In this document: piece by piece, positions 9,835-20,744 of the stretch
Position numbering within the stretch: the first letter of the stretch is position 1
How the letters are laid out: each line of letters begins with the position of its first letter
Source of the DNA: Nitrosopumilus sp.
Lineage (GTDB): Archaea > Thermoproteota > Nitrososphaeria > Nitrososphaerales > Nitrosopumilaceae
DNA: 64,000 nt
Direction: 5' to 3'
NCBI GenBank assembly: GCA_965223425.1
Contig: OZ245003.1
Location: 2,272,001-2,336,000 of the forward strand
Notes under the pieces: model-generated
Database searches by the model: none
Seen by the model: the letters and a program-made list of their open reading frames with translations, nothing else
Told to the model about the DNA's origin: nothing
Made by a program: the position numbers and the translations under genes

Positions 9835-12800
9835 TTATGGATCAGGACAGCCGTCATCGTCTCTATCCCCATCATAGTCTTCAGGATCTAGAGGACATTG
9901 GTCTTCGCTATTAATGATATTATCTAGGTCATTATCGTGGACAAATCTCTTTTGTTCTGGAATAGTATCAGGACAGCCGTCATGATCAAGATACTTGTTC
10001 CAAGTTTCGGGACTTGTTGGACAAGAATCAGTGGCATCTGGATATCCATCAGAATCAGAATCAGCATATACAGGAATAGTAGATTCTGCTCCAGGTACGT
10101 CTGGACAGCCGTCCCAGTCTAGATAATCATTATAGTTTTCCTGCTCGTCAATACATGCATCCCATCTGTCTTCAATTCCATCACCGTCAGTGTCTGGGAA
10201 TTGATATTGTGACGTAATTGCATCAGTAGTGTCTGGACATCCATCATCGTCTTGGAACATGTTGTAAGTTTCAGGGTCTGACGGACATGCATCCAAAGTA
10301 TCAGAGAGCCCATCTTGATCACTATCGATTAAGGCAGAAACATCATCTGGACAGCCGTCTTTATCATCAACACCGTTGAATGTTTCTGGCTGGTTTGGAC
10401 ACAAGTCCAGGTTATCTGGAATGCCGTCGCCGTCAGTATCAGCAGTCAGTTTGTTGTCTGCCACATAATCAGGACAGCCGTCTAGATCAAGATATCTATT
10501 GTAAGTTTCTTTAGCAGTTGGGCATTCATCTATATCATCATAAATTCCGTCACCGTCAGTATCGCCAACTGTTTGGAAATCAATGCTGTCAGGACAGCCG
10601 TCGTCGTCTTGGAATCCATTGTATCTTTCAGCTAATGTTGGACATTGATCTAAATGATTTGCAAGGCCGTCATAGTCAGTATCAAGCATGTCACCTGCAG
10701 TGGTGCCCTCAACGTCTGGGCAGCCGTCCCAGTCTAGATATCCATTGTAGTTTTCCTGCTCGTCAACACATGCATCCCATCTGTCTTCAATTCCATCACC
10801 GTCAGTGTCTGGGAATTGGTATTGTGACGTAGTTGCATCAACGGTGTCTGGACAGCCGTCGTCGTCTTGGAATCCATTGTAATTCTCACGGTCTGATGGA
10901 CATGCATCAGAGGCATCTAGGATGCCGTCCATATCTGAATCAAGTTTGAATGAGTATTTGTCAGGACAGCCGTCTTTATCTAAAAATCCGTTGAGTGTTT
11001 CTGGCTGGTTTGGACACAAGTCTGAATTATCTGGAATGCCGTCGCCGTCAGTATCAGCAGTCAGTTTGTTGTCTGCCACATAATCAGGACAGCCGTCTTC
11101 GTCTTCAAACATATTATAAGTTTCAGGACTGAAAGGGCAAGAATCGTTTGGATCTAAAATGCCGTCGCCGTCAGAATCGCCTATTATTTGGTAATCAACA
11201 GTGTCAGGACAGCCGTCATCGTCTTGTAATTTATTGTAATTCTCACGTTCTAATGGACAAGCATCAGAGGCATCTGGAATGCCGTCATAATCAGCATCAG
11301 GTGCATCACCTGCAGTGGTGCCCTCAACGTCTGGGCAGCCGTCCCAGTCTAGATATCCATTGTAGTTTTCCTGCTCGTCAACACATGCATCCCATCTGTC
11401 TTCAATTCCATCACCGTCAGTGTCTGGGAACTGGTATTGTGACGTAGTTGCATCAACGGTGTCTGGACAGCCGTCGTCGTCTTGGAATCCATTGTAATTC
11501 TCACGGTCTGATGGACATGCATCAGAGGCATCTAGGATGCCGTCCATATCTGAATCAAGTTTGAATGATTGCTTGTCAGGACAGCCGTCTTTATCTAAAA
11601 ATCCGTTGAGTGTTTCTGGCTGGTTTGGACACAAGTCTGAATTATCTGGAATGCCGTCGCCGTCAGTATCAGCAGTCAGTTTGTTGTCTGCCACATAATC
11701 AGGACAGCCGTCTTCGTCTAAGTAAAAGTTGTGAGTTTCTTTAGCAGTTGGACAATAATCCAGGTTATCAAAAATACCATCAGAATCAGTATCTACAACG
11801 GCTCGGAAATCAACGGTGTCAGGACAGCCGTCATCGTCTTGTAATCCATTGTATCTTTCAGCTAATGTTGGACATTGATCTAATAGATCTGGTATGCCGT
11901 CATAATCAGTATCAAGCATGTCACCTGCAGTGGTGCCCTCAACGTCTGGGCAGCCGTCCCAGTCTAGATATCCATTGTAGTTTTCCTGCTCGTCAACACA
12001 TGCATCCCATCTGTCTTCAATTCCATCACCGTCAGTGTCTGGGAACTGGTATTGTGACGTAGTTGCATCAACGGTGTCTGGACAGCCGTCGTCGTCTTGG
12101 AATCCATTGTAATTCTCACGGTCTGATGGACATGCATCAGAGGCATCTAGGACGCCGTCCATATCTGAATCAAGTTTGAATGATTGCTTGTCAGGACAGC
12201 CGTCTTTATCTAAAAATCCGTTGAGTGTTTCTGGCTGGTTTGGACACAAGTCTGAATTATCTGGAATGCCGTCGCCGTCAGTATCAGCAGTCAGTTTGTT
12301 GTCTGCCACATAATCAGGACAGCCGTCTTCGTCTTCAAACATATTATAAGTTTCAGGACTGAAAGGGCAAGAATCGTTTGGATCTAAAATAGCATCATAA
12401 TCAGCATCGCCAACTATTTGGTAATCAATGGTGTCAGGACAACCGTCGTCGTCTTGGAATTTATTGTAATTCTCACGGTCTGATGGACAAGCATCAGAGG
12501 CATCTGGAATGCCGTCATAATCAGCATCAGGTATCTCTAGAGAATCAGTTCCAGACACATCTGGACAGCCGTCCCAGTCTAAACTACCATTGTAGTTTTC
12601 CTGCTCGTCAACACATGCATCCCATCTGTCTTCAATTCCATCACCGTCAGTGTCTGGGAATTGGTATTGTGACGTAGTTGCATCAACGGCGTCTGGACAT
12701 CCGTCACTGTCTTGGAACATGTTGTAAGTTTCAGGGTCTGACGGACATGCATCCAAAGTATCAGAGAGTCCATCTTGATCGCTGTCGACTAAAGCAGAGA

Positions 12801-13236
12801 CATCGTCTGGGCAGCCGTCTTTATCATCAACGCCGTTGAATGTTTCTGGCTGGTTTGGACACAAGTCCAGATAATCTGGAAAGCCATCACCGTCAGAATC
12901 GGCAGTATTTTTCGTGTCATAAGATGACAAATCAGGACAGCCGTCTTCATCCTGAACTCGGTTATATGTCTCCTTTACAGTTGGACAGTTATCAACATGG
13001 TCTTGTATTCCATCGTAATCAGCATCATACCATGGAACAAAATCTGCAGGACAGCCGTCAATGTTGTTACCATATTGTGGATCATAATCCTCTAGAAGGT
13101 TTGGACATTGATCAACATTATTTGGAACACCATCGCCATCAGTATCGATTGAGTCGTTTGCATAAACACTGCTTGGTAGCATACCAATAGTAGAGGTAAG
13201 TAAAAGCAAAAATCCTACAAGATGGTATTTTTTCAT
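9835..13236 (-). CDS. Secreted thrombospondin type-3-like repeat protein 2
   Basis: Signal peptide MKKYHLVGFLLLLTSTIG (ATG 13236). Same repeat, arranged in 205-aa higher-order units. Confidence 0.9.
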   Translation of the reverse strand: MKKYHLVGFLLLLTSTIGMLPSSVYANDSIDTDGDGVPNNVDQCPNLLEDYDPQYGNNIDGCPADFVPWYDADYDGIQDHVDNCPTVKETYNRVQDEDGCPDLSSYDTKNTADSDGDGFPDYLDLCPNQPETFNGVDDKDGCPDDVSALVDSDQDGLSDTLDACPSDPETYNMFQDSDGCPDAVDATTSQYQFPDTDGDGIEDRWDACVDEQENYNGSLDWDGCPDVSGTDSLEIPDADYDGIPDASDACPSDRENYNKFQDDDGCPDTIDYQIVGDADYDAILDPNDSCPFSPETYNMFEDEDGCPDYVADNKLTADTDGDGIPDNSDLCPNQPETLNGFLDKDGCPDKQSFKLDSDMDGVLDASDACPSDRENYNGFQDDDGCPDTVDATTSQYQFPDTDGDGIEDRWDACVDEQENYNGYLDWDGCPDVEGTTAGDMLDTDYDGIPDLLDQCPTLAERYNGLQDDDGCPDTVDFRAVVDTDSDGIFDNLDYCPTAKETHNFYLDEDGCPDYVADNKLTADTDGDGIPDNSDLCPNQPETLNGFLDKDGCPDKQSFKLDSDMDGILDASDACPSDRENYNGFQDDDGCPDTVDATTSQYQFPDTDGDGIEDRWDACVDEQENYNGYLDWDGCPDVEGTTAGDAPDADYDGIPDASDACPLERENYNKLQDDDGCPDTVDYQIIGDSDGDGILDPNDSCPFSPETYNMFEDEDGCPDYVADNKLTADTDGDGIPDNSDLCPNQPETLNGFLDKDGCPDKYSFKLDSDMDGILDASDACPSDRENYNGFQDDDGCPDTVDATTSQYQFPDTDGDGIEDRWDACVDEQENYNGYLDWDGCPDVEGTTAGDMLDTDYDGLANHLDQCPTLAERYNGFQDDDGCPDSIDFQTVGDTDGDGIYDDIDECPTAKETYNRYLDLDGCPDYVADNKLTADTDGDGIPDNLDLCPNQPETFNGVDDKDGCPDDVSALIDSDQDGLSDTLDACPSDPETYNMFQDDDGCPDTTDAITSQYQFPDTDGDGIEDRWDACIDEQENYNDYLDWDGCPDVPGAESTIPVYADSDSDGYPDATDSCPTSPETWNKYLDHDGCPDTIPEQKRFVHDNDLDNIINSEDQCPLDPEDYDGDRDDDGCPDP
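10500..12780. repeat. 615-bp higher-order tandem repeat inside TSP3 gene 2
   Basis: Near-identical blocks recur every 615 nt; identical shadow ORFs sit at 10734, 11349, 11964 and 12579. Confidence 0.88.
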
Positions 13237-13249
13237 TTTAAGGTAACTA

Positions 13250-15688
13250 TTATTGGTCAGGGCATCCATCAGCATCTCTGTCACCGTCATAATCTTCTGG
13301 TTCTAGAGGACACAGATCGTAGTCATTGATAATATTATCTAAATCAGCATCATGTTTGTATCTTGATTGTTCTGGAATAGTATCAGGACAGCCGTCATGA
13401 TCATTATATTTATTCCAAGATTCTTTTTCATTTGGACATAAATCAACATCATCATTTATTCTATCGTCATCACTGTCAATTGTAATATTTCCAGTTGGCA
13501 AGTAATCCGGACAGCCGTCATAATCAACATATCTGTTCCAAACTTCGCTTTGTTCTGGACACATGTCCATCACGTCTGGAACGCCATCACCATCAGAGTC
13601 AGGCTGAGTATCATCAACATCAGGACAGCCGTCGTCGTCTTGGAATCCATTATAGTTTTCAGAAACTAGCGGACAATCATCATAAACATCATCAATACCA
13701 TCATTGTCAGTGTCAACAACAGATGATTCTGCTATAAAGTCAGGACAGCCATCGTCGTCTTGGAATTTATTGTAGGTTTCTTTGGCAGTTGGACATGCAT
13801 CAATTGCATCTGGAATTCCATCTAAATCACGATCATTTTTTGAGAGATAGTTATCTGGACAGCCGTCTCTATCAAGAATTCCATTATAGGTTTCTGGTTG
13901 GTTTGGACAATTATCATTGTAATCATTAATTCCATCATTGTCATTATCTGGAGTTCCTTTGTTGTCTGCTACAGAGTCAGGACAGCCGTCGTCGTCTTGG
14001 AATTTATTGTAGGTTTCTGGAACTAGTGGGCATTGATCTAATTCATCAACAAGTCCGTCAAAGTCAGAATCTGAGCTGGTAACAAAGTCAGGATAATCTG
14101 GACAGCCGTCGTCGTCTTGGAAGTTGTTGTAACGTTCTCGATCAGCAGGGCATTGATCTACAGAATCTACAATACCATCAAAGTCAGAGTCAGCTTCTAA
14201 TGGGCTATCAGGGCAGCCGTCTGTATCAATATATCTATTCCAGGTTTCTGCAGTCTCAGGACATTGATCTAATGTATCTCTAATTCCATCACCATCAGAG
14301 TCTACAACTAGATCATCTGGACAGCCGTCTGCATCTAGATAACCGTTATACACTTCAGGTTCAAGTGGGCAATTGTCGTTTAAATCAGGAATTCTATCAC
14401 CATCAAAGTCTGATGCAGAATATCCAGATATATTATCAGGACAGCCGTCGTCGTCTTGGAATCCGTTGTAAGTTTCTTTAGCAGTTTGACATTGATCTAG
14501 ATCATCAGGAATTCCATCTAAATCTCTGTCTGTTGCGTTTGCAGTATCAGGACAGCCGTCTCTATCAAAAACACCATTGAATGTTTCTGGTTGTGTTGGA
14601 CACAAGTCTACATAATCATTGATGCCATCATTGTCAGTATCTGGAATTCCTTTGTTGTCTGCTACAGAGTCAGGACAGCCGTCGTCGTCTTGGAATTTAT
14701 TGTAGGTTTCTTTTACTTCGGGACACTGATCAACACTATTTAATATTCCATCAAGGTCCGAATCATCATCACTGGAATAAGGAGGAATGTCAGGACAGCC
14801 GTCGTCGTCCTGGAACCCGTTGTGTCTTTCAGGATCTAGTGGACATGCATCATCAGCATCCATAATTCTATCACCATCTGCATCATCTAGCGTACCGGTA
14901 AATGATGGAAGTGTGTCTGGACAGCCGTCATAGTCAGCAAATCTATTGTAAGTTTCTGCATCATTAGGACAAATGTCAAATTGATCTGCTATTCCGTCAC
15001 CATCAGAATCTGTAAATGAAGAATCTAGTGAGGCGTCTGGACAGCCGTCTGCATCTAGATAACCGTTATACACCTCAGGTTCAGTCAAACACAAATCAAT
15101 TGTATCTGGAATACCGTCATTGTCACTGTCAGAATAAGTAGAGTCACTTGTAGAATCTGGACAGCCGTCGTCGTCTTGGAATTTATTGTAGGTTTCTGCA
15201 CTTAGTGGACATGTGTCAATTGCATCTGGAACGCCGTCTCTATCTCTATCACCGGAGTCAAAATCATCTGGACAGCCGTCTCTATCAGAAACACCATTGA
15301 ATGTTTCTGGTTGGTTTGGACACAAGTCTACATAATCATTAAAACCATCACCATCACCATCAGGAACTCCACCTGCACCATCTCCAGGAAGGGTATCAGG
15401 ACAGCCGTCGTCGTCTTGGAATTGATTGTAATTTTCTCTAAGACTTGGACATTGATCAATATGATCTTCTATTCCGTCAAAGTCTTCATCGTACCATGGA
15501 ACAAAATCTGAGGGACATCCATCAATTGCGCCTTTATTGTCTTCTTGTAAGTTTGGACATGCGTCCATCGAGTCTTCAACACCGTCATTATCCAAGTCGT
15601 TATCAGCAGCAAAACTGTAGTTTACAGGCATGCTTGTTAATGTGGTTAAAAGCAAAACTAGGAATGGTAAAATATGTATTTTTTTCAA
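13250..15688 (-). CDS. Secreted thrombospondin type-3-like repeat protein 3
   Basis: TTG start, signal peptide MKKIHILPFLVLLLTTLTSMPVNYSFA, about 20 DGCPD-terminated repeats. Confidence 0.9.
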   Translation of the reverse strand: MKKIHILPFLVLLLTTLTSMPVNYSFAADNDLDNDGVEDSMDACPNLQEDNKGAIDGCPSDFVPWYDEDFDGIEDHIDQCPSLRENYNQFQDDDGCPDTLPGDGAGGVPDGDGDGFNDYVDLCPNQPETFNGVSDRDGCPDDFDSGDRDRDGVPDAIDTCPLSAETYNKFQDDDGCPDSTSDSTYSDSDNDGIPDTIDLCLTEPEVYNGYLDADGCPDASLDSSFTDSDGDGIADQFDICPNDAETYNRFADYDGCPDTLPSFTGTLDDADGDRIMDADDACPLDPERHNGFQDDDGCPDIPPYSSDDDSDLDGILNSVDQCPEVKETYNKFQDDDGCPDSVADNKGIPDTDNDGINDYVDLCPTQPETFNGVFDRDGCPDTANATDRDLDGIPDDLDQCQTAKETYNGFQDDDGCPDNISGYSASDFDGDRIPDLNDNCPLEPEVYNGYLDADGCPDDLVVDSDGDGIRDTLDQCPETAETWNRYIDTDGCPDSPLEADSDFDGIVDSVDQCPADRERYNNFQDDDGCPDYPDFVTSSDSDFDGLVDELDQCPLVPETYNKFQDDDGCPDSVADNKGTPDNDNDGINDYNDNCPNQPETYNGILDRDGCPDNYLSKNDRDLDGIPDAIDACPTAKETYNKFQDDDGCPDFIAESSVVDTDNDGIDDVYDDCPLVSENYNGFQDDDGCPDVDDTQPDSDGDGVPDVMDMCPEQSEVWNRYVDYDGCPDYLPTGNITIDSDDDRINDDVDLCPNEKESWNKYNDHDGCPDTIPEQSRYKHDADLDNIINDYDLCPLEPEDYDGDRDADGCPDQ

Positions 15689-15826
15689 TGCCTAAAATTA
15701 CCTTGAGGATCCAGTTATTAAACCTCACTCTAAAATCGACTCAGAATCATAATAGATTTGAGAAAAATTTCCATGTTAGACAAAAAACTCGATCAATTTA
15801 AGTAAACCAAAACAAGATTTGAACTA

Positions 15827-16867
15827 ATGAGTTGTTCGGGGGAAACAGTCGAGGAGGAGGAGGAAGAAAATCGTTTAATCCAGATAAAGCCAGCAATATC
15901 TGAGCAATTGAAAAAGGCAAAGTATGGCGTTGCTGATCACTCCACGGTAGAACTGTGCCATTGGACAAAAAAATCATTCAAGCATGAGGGAAATTGTTAC
16001 AAGCACAAGTTTTACGGAATTTCAACTCATAGGTGTATGGAGTTTTCTCCAGCTGGTATGCACTGTGAAAATCGATGTGTATATTGTTGGAGACCAATGG
16101 AATTTTACGAGTCGCTAAAAATGGAGCCAGAACGAGTTGCAGAACCTGAAGAAATACTAACAAAGCTGATGGCTGAGAGAAAGAAACTGATCAACGGGTA
16201 TTACGGGGATTCAAGAAATGACAAACAGAGGTTAGATGAATCATTGTTGCCAAGTCATTATGCAATTTCACTTTCTGGCGAACCAACAATGTATCCAAAG
16301 CTGCCAAAACTAATCAAATATCTAAATTCACTTGAAGCAACAAAGTCAATCTTTCTTGTAACTAATGGTCAAGAACCAGACATGATTCAAAGATTACAAG
16401 ACGAGGATGCATTGCCAACACAGCTGTATCTGTCGACGAATGCAGCAGACTATGAATCATTTATCAGGATAAACAAACCAAAATATGATGATTCTTGGGA
16501 AAGATGGAACAGAACTCTGGACATGTTAAAGCATTTGAAAACAAGAACAGTGCTAAGAATTACTCTGATTAGAAACTATAATGACAGAAAGGAAATGATT
16601 CCAGCGTTTGCAGAAATGTTTAGAAAAGCAAGTCCGCACTTTATTGAGATAAAATCATACATGCATATTGGCCGTTCAACTAACAGGTTAGAACATTCAG
16701 ACATGCTGGAAATGGACGAAGTGAGAAGTTTCAGCCAACAAGTATCAAAACACAGTAAGATATTTTCAGTGATGGACGAAAGTTTTGTTTCAAGAATTTC
16801 AATTTTGCAGAATAATGAACGGTTTATTGATCGCTGGATTACTGCTACTTGTGCAAATACCAACTAG
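15827..16867 (+). CDS. taw1: 4-demethylwyosine synthase (radical SAM, TYW1/Taw1)
   Basis: CHWTKK, CYKHKFYGISTHRCME, CENRCVYCWR, AISLSGEPTMYP, FLVTNG. Confidence 0.96.
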   Translation: MSCSGETVEEEEEENRLIQIKPAISEQLKKAKYGVADHSTVELCHWTKKSFKHEGNCYKHKFYGISTHRCMEFSPAGMHCENRCVYCWRPMEFYESLKMEPERVAEPEEILTKLMAERKKLINGYYGDSRNDKQRLDESLLPSHYAISLSGEPTMYPKLPKLIKYLNSLEATKSIFLVTNGQEPDMIQRLQDEDALPTQLYLSTNAADYESFIRINKPKYDDSWERWNRTLDMLKHLKTRTVLRITLIRNYNDRKEMIPAFAEMFRKASPHFIEIKSYMHIGRSTNRLEHSDMLEMDEVRSFSQQVSKHSKIFSVMDESFVSRISILQNNERFIDRWITATCANTN

Positions 16868-17393
16868 AGAATTTTTTTAGTGCATTGTATCTATGCGACA
16901 AATCGTTTTTGTTATTTAGCTGGGCAAATGTTTTCTTTGTATTTTTTGGAATAAAGATTGGATCATAGCCCCAGCCCTTTCCTTTTTGCAAATATGATAT
17001 AGTACCGTCAATCTTTGCATCAAAGGATTGTAAGACTTTTTTGTCACAATAGCTAATAACAGAAACAAATTTTGCTGATCTATTATTTTTGAGAAGATTG
17101 AGAATTCCCTTGTTTCCAATTGTTTTGAAAACGTACGATGAGTACGGACCTGGAAATCCATCAAGTGGATCAATGAACAAGCCATCGTCTTCAATCAGAC
17201 AAGGTTTTTTGCATTTGGAAAACGCTTCTCTTGCTTTCTTTGATGCTATGTCTTTTAATGAATCTGATTGAATTTCTTCTAATTCAGACTTGAAAAAACC
17301 AAGATTTATTCCAAATGAATCTAAAATTTTTTTTGCCTCTTGATATTTGTGACGATTTGAAGACACAAAGAATAGATCAAATGACCGTTGCAT
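16845..17393 (-). CDS. rdgB: Non-canonical purine NTP pyrophosphatase (RdgB/HAM1)
   Basis: SSNRHKYQE, EDDGLFIDPLDGFPGPYS, GWGYDPIF, LSHR. Confidence 0.95.
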   Translation of the reverse strand: MQRSFDLFFVSSNRHKYQEAKKILDSFGINLGFFKSELEEIQSDSLKDIASKKAREAFSKCKKPCLIEDDGLFIDPLDGFPGPYSSYVFKTIGNKGILNLLKNNRSAKFVSVISYCDKKVLQSFDAKIDGTISYLQKGKGWGYDPIFIPKNTKKTFAQLNNKNDLSHRYNALKKFSSWYLHK

Positions 17394-17997
17394 ATCTACC
17401 ACGACTCTCTATATCTAGAACCAGTTTTGTAGTTTTAACATAATTTGAGTTTCCAACAATGGATTTGTAGCCAACAAGAAAGTTTCTCCAAGCAGGAACC
17501 ATAATTTCTGCATGAGCACTGTTGAGAATTTCTTTGATTAGTCTCAGATCAACTGCATGATCTTCAGGTTTTATTGTATTTTGAGACAGTCCAAAATCAA
17601 TGACAAAAACGGTATTTTTGAATGATATGAAGTTAGATGTTGTCAAGTCTCCATGCATCACGCCGTTTTTATGTAGTGTTCCGACTAATTTTCCAATTTG
17701 TTTGGACAGTGCAATAATTTTTGACTCAGGTAAATCATGAACGGGGGTTCCAGGAATTTCTTGCATGATAATTGATGATTTTTTCAAATTTACAAAATAA
17801 ACAAGCGGTGCTGGAATTCCAAATGATTTTACATGAGACAACATTTGGGATTCTTTAATTGTTCTTTGTTTGCGTATTTTTGAATCAAGGGAGGGATTGC
17901 GATAATTTTTTGTTTTTCTAATTTTGAGAATTGCGATAGAATTTTGCCAGTCAGTTTGATATATGTCAGCTTCTGCCCCTTTTTTTCGTAACTTCAT
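17377..17997 (-). CDS. bud32: KEOPS complex kinase Bud32
   Basis: KGAEADIY, KNYRNPSLD, HGDLTTSN, IDFGLS, AVDL; adjacent to kae1. Confidence 0.95.
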   Translation of the reverse strand: MKLRKKGAEADIYQTDWQNSIAILKIRKTKNYRNPSLDSKIRKQRTIKESQMLSHVKSFGIPAPLVYFVNLKKSSIIMQEIPGTPVHDLPESKIIALSKQIGKLVGTLHKNGVMHGDLTTSNFISFKNTVFVIDFGLSQNTIKPEDHAVDLRLIKEILNSAHAEIMVPAWRNFLVGYKSIVGNSNYVKTTKLVLDIESRGRYATVI

Positions 17998-18034
17998 TAA
18001 CATTATATCCAAAGGAATTCAATAAAAATTAATC

Positions 18035-18361
18035 ATGGAAGAAGGTGAAAGGAAAATAAAACAAGAAGATTGTAGCGAAGACAGTCTAGGTTCGGGAATT
18101 CTAACATTAACAAGCAAGAGGTTGGCATTTGACAAAACAAAGTCACGAATGATGGATTTTTCCAAGCATATGGGGGACACAATACTGGATGTTTCATTAG
18201 ATGACGTGATTAAAACTTGGAAAGAGGGACTACTAATGAAGAAAGTATGTTTTTCTGCCAAGACTGGGCAAGGAGAACAGACCTACAAGTTCGGGGTTTT
18301 CAATACAGGGAGTTGGGTTGACAGTATTGAAGACGCCATAAATGATGGTAAGGATCAATAA
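18035..18361 (+). CDS. Hypothetical protein (PH-like fold)
   Basis: GILTLTSKRLAFDK...WVDSIEDA pattern typical of GRAM/PH-like domains. Confidence 0.7.
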   Translation: MEEGERKIKQEDCSEDSLGSGILTLTSKRLAFDKTKSRMMDFSKHMGDTILDVSLDDVIKTWKEGLLMKKVCFSAKTGQGEQTYKFGVFNTGSWVDSIEDAINDGKDQ

Positions 18362-19338
18362 TCAACCTTTACTGAATCTAGTCTCCAAGATTGTGTAATC
18401 AAAGTGTCTTTTAGCGGAGTGCCTTGTTTTACTTGGGATTCTAAAAGTCCAGTCCAGCATATTTGACTTCCGCAATCTCCTGCGTATCGTAACGGAACTA
18501 CAAAGAATTTACATCCGTGTCGCCTACATGCATCTTGGAGCATTTCGGATAATCGTTTGTTAGCTGCAACACCGCCAACTATCATCAATTCTTTTTTACC
18601 TGTGAATGACAAGGCACGTTCTACAACTTCACTAATCATAGCAAAAGCAGTTTCTTGAAGTGAGTAACAGGCATCAATTTTATTTTTCTTTGCGGCAGAT
18701 TTTGTTGCAGATAACAAGCCGGAAAAAGAAACATCGTTTCCTTTTACTGAATATGGCAATGCAACATAGTTAGAAGATCTGGATGCCAGTTCCTCGATGT
18801 TTTTTCCACAGGGGGAGGCAAATCCAATGGATCTTCCAAACTGATCAAGTAATTGGCCCAATGTGATATCCAGGGTTTCACCAAAAACTCTCCACTGTTT
18901 ATTGAGAAATGCAAGAATCATTGTGTGTCCTCCAGACACCAAAAGTACCAAGGGGTTAGTTGCACCAGTGAGAAGTTTCCCCAATTCAATATGGCCAATG
19001 GCGTGATTGACAGGAAAGATTGGAATTTTGTAAAAAGAAGACAAAGATCTGGCAACAACTGCGCCTACTCGCAAACACGGGCCCAATCCCGGACCTGCGG
19101 CATAAGAGATCAGATCTAAATCCTGTATTGCGGTATTTGCCTCTCTTAGACAGTCGGCCAACACCAAAGAACTGTTCTCAACGTGATGACGTGATGCCTC
19201 CCGCGGATGAATCCCTTCTCCGTCCTCAGGACGGTAAATTTTTCTTACATCAGAGAGAATCTTGCCTTTTTTTCCTTTTTTTTCAATTACGGCGCAAGAA
19301 AATGTGTGTGCGGTGCTTTCAATTCCCAGACCTAGCAT
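18355..19338 (-). CDS. kae1: KEOPS t6A synthase Kae1
   Basis: LGIESTAHT, GIHPREASRHH, GPGLGPCL, VNHAIGHIE, VSGGHT, GGVAAN. Confidence 0.97.
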   Translation of the reverse strand: MLGLGIESTAHTFSCAVIEKKGKKGKILSDVRKIYRPEDGEGIHPREASRHHVENSSLVLADCLREANTAIQDLDLISYAAGPGLGPCLRVGAVVARSLSSFYKIPIFPVNHAIGHIELGKLLTGATNPLVLLVSGGHTMILAFLNKQWRVFGETLDITLGQLLDQFGRSIGFASPCGKNIEELASRSSNYVALPYSVKGNDVSFSGLLSATKSAAKKNKIDACYSLQETAFAMISEVVERALSFTGKKELMIVGGVAANKRLSEMLQDACRRHGCKFFVVPLRYAGDCGSQICWTGLLESQVKQGTPLKDTLITQSWRLDSVKVDY

Positions 19339-19339
19339 G

Positions 19340-20536
19340 TTATCCCCTACTCAGCGTGGATACAATTTTGATCACATCGCCATCTTTTAATTTCTGCTCA
19401 CCGCTGATTCTTTGTTTGGTTTTACAGTCAATTGCGTGTAGGAACCCCCTGGCAATGTCTGCATGAATCAAACCCGCTAAATCTTTTGCAGTAGAGTTTT
19501 GGGGGAGTAGTTTGGAATCAGGTAGAATGACACCGTCCTTGTTGGTTAGTTTCGCTTCATCTTCTACAGGATATACAACAATAAATTTCAAAGAATCAAA
19601 AACAGCACTGTTTAAGATTTTTTGAATTCCAGTAGACGTGATTTTAGAAAATACTGATTTCACCAAATCCAGTGCTTTTTGTTGGGGGGGCAGAACTTCT
19701 TGTCCTTCAATTATTTTAAAACCCTCATCGCCTGGAGAATAGGCTACAATCCCAGCTTTTGATGCCTTGCGCAAAAGCAATTCTGTTTCTGCACTGCAAG
19801 GAATCACAGGATCAGAGATTTTTTTAAGAATGTCAAGATCTTGGCAGAGATCGGCTTTGTTTGCGGCAACAATCATTGGTTTGGTATTTTTTCTTAATTC
19901 TTTAACAAAGGTTCGGATATCAGAGTCTTCCCATTCTTTTGGATTTTTAGAAATAAGACCCAGCTTTTGCAACACCTCACGTACTTTGTAATCTTTGATC
20001 CCCAATCCTGTGAATCGTTTTGCAATGCCATCAGTAAGCTTGGCTCTTTTCTGATCGATTTCTCGGGTAATTTTATCCCATTCCCTTTTGAGAATGTCTG
20101 CAAACCATTGATCAAACTCGTCTTGAACAAACATTACATCTTCTAGAGGATCATGGGTTCCGGTTGGAACAGGCTGTCCTTGGATGTCAGTAGTTCCAGC
20201 AATATCTACCACATGAATCAGGACTTCAGCTTGTCGTGCATCATCAAGAAACTGGTTTCCCAATCCCTTTCCTTCGTGTGCGCCCGGAACCAGTCCTGCA
20301 ACATCAATTAGTTTAACTGGAATGAGACGGGTTCCATTAACGCATAGCGTGTTTTCATGTTGAATATCAAAATGTTTGCAGGCACAATCTGCCTTGACAT
20401 AGGCTACGCCAACATTGGGCTCAATCGTGGTGAAAGGAAAATTGCCTGATGCCACAGGGGTTTCTGTTGCAGCTGAAAAAAACGTAGACTTGCCAACATT
20501 TGCTTTTCCCAATAAACCAATTTGCACTATTGTCAA
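19340..20536 (-). CDS. ychF: YchF/Ola1-family GTPase with TGS domain
   Basis: GKANVGKST, FPFTTIEPN, DVAGLVPGAHEGKGLGNQFL, ANKAD, C-terminal LKDGDVIKI. Confidence 0.93.
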   Translation of the reverse strand: MTIVQIGLLGKANVGKSTFFSAATETPVASGNFPFTTIEPNVGVAYVKADCACKHFDIQHENTLCVNGTRLIPVKLIDVAGLVPGAHEGKGLGNQFLDDARQAEVLIHVVDIAGTTDIQGQPVPTGTHDPLEDVMFVQDEFDQWFADILKREWDKITREIDQKRAKLTDGIAKRFTGLGIKDYKVREVLQKLGLISKNPKEWEDSDIRTFVKELRKNTKPMIVAANKADLCQDLDILKKISDPVIPCSAETELLLRKASKAGIVAYSPGDEGFKIIEGQEVLPPQQKALDLVKSVFSKITSTGIQKILNSAVFDSLKFIVVYPVEDEAKLTNKDGVILPDSKLLPQNSTAKDLAGLIHADIARGFLHAIDCKTKQRISGEQKLKDGDVIKIVSTLSRG

Positions 20537-20744
20537 AAACCCAATTCTACTTATTAGTATTGCAGAAATCGGTTCTGTGAAGTTATCGGGGGTTATATGT
20601 CAATTCCCAAAATGTACAAGCCTCCAAACCGCAAGATATTCGCTGAAAGCGATAAAGTCAATATCACAGAAATATGCGCCGAACTCTGATCTAATGGATA
20701 TGGCGGCTACATTCACAAAGATGGTCAATCATTGCATCAAGATA

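Noticed and set aside
7576-15688. Regularly spaced GGACAGCCGTC repeats resembling a CRISPR array
   Set aside because: They are the reverse complement of the DGCP codons inside long open ORFs, the intervening sequences are themselves repeated, and no cas genes are nearby.
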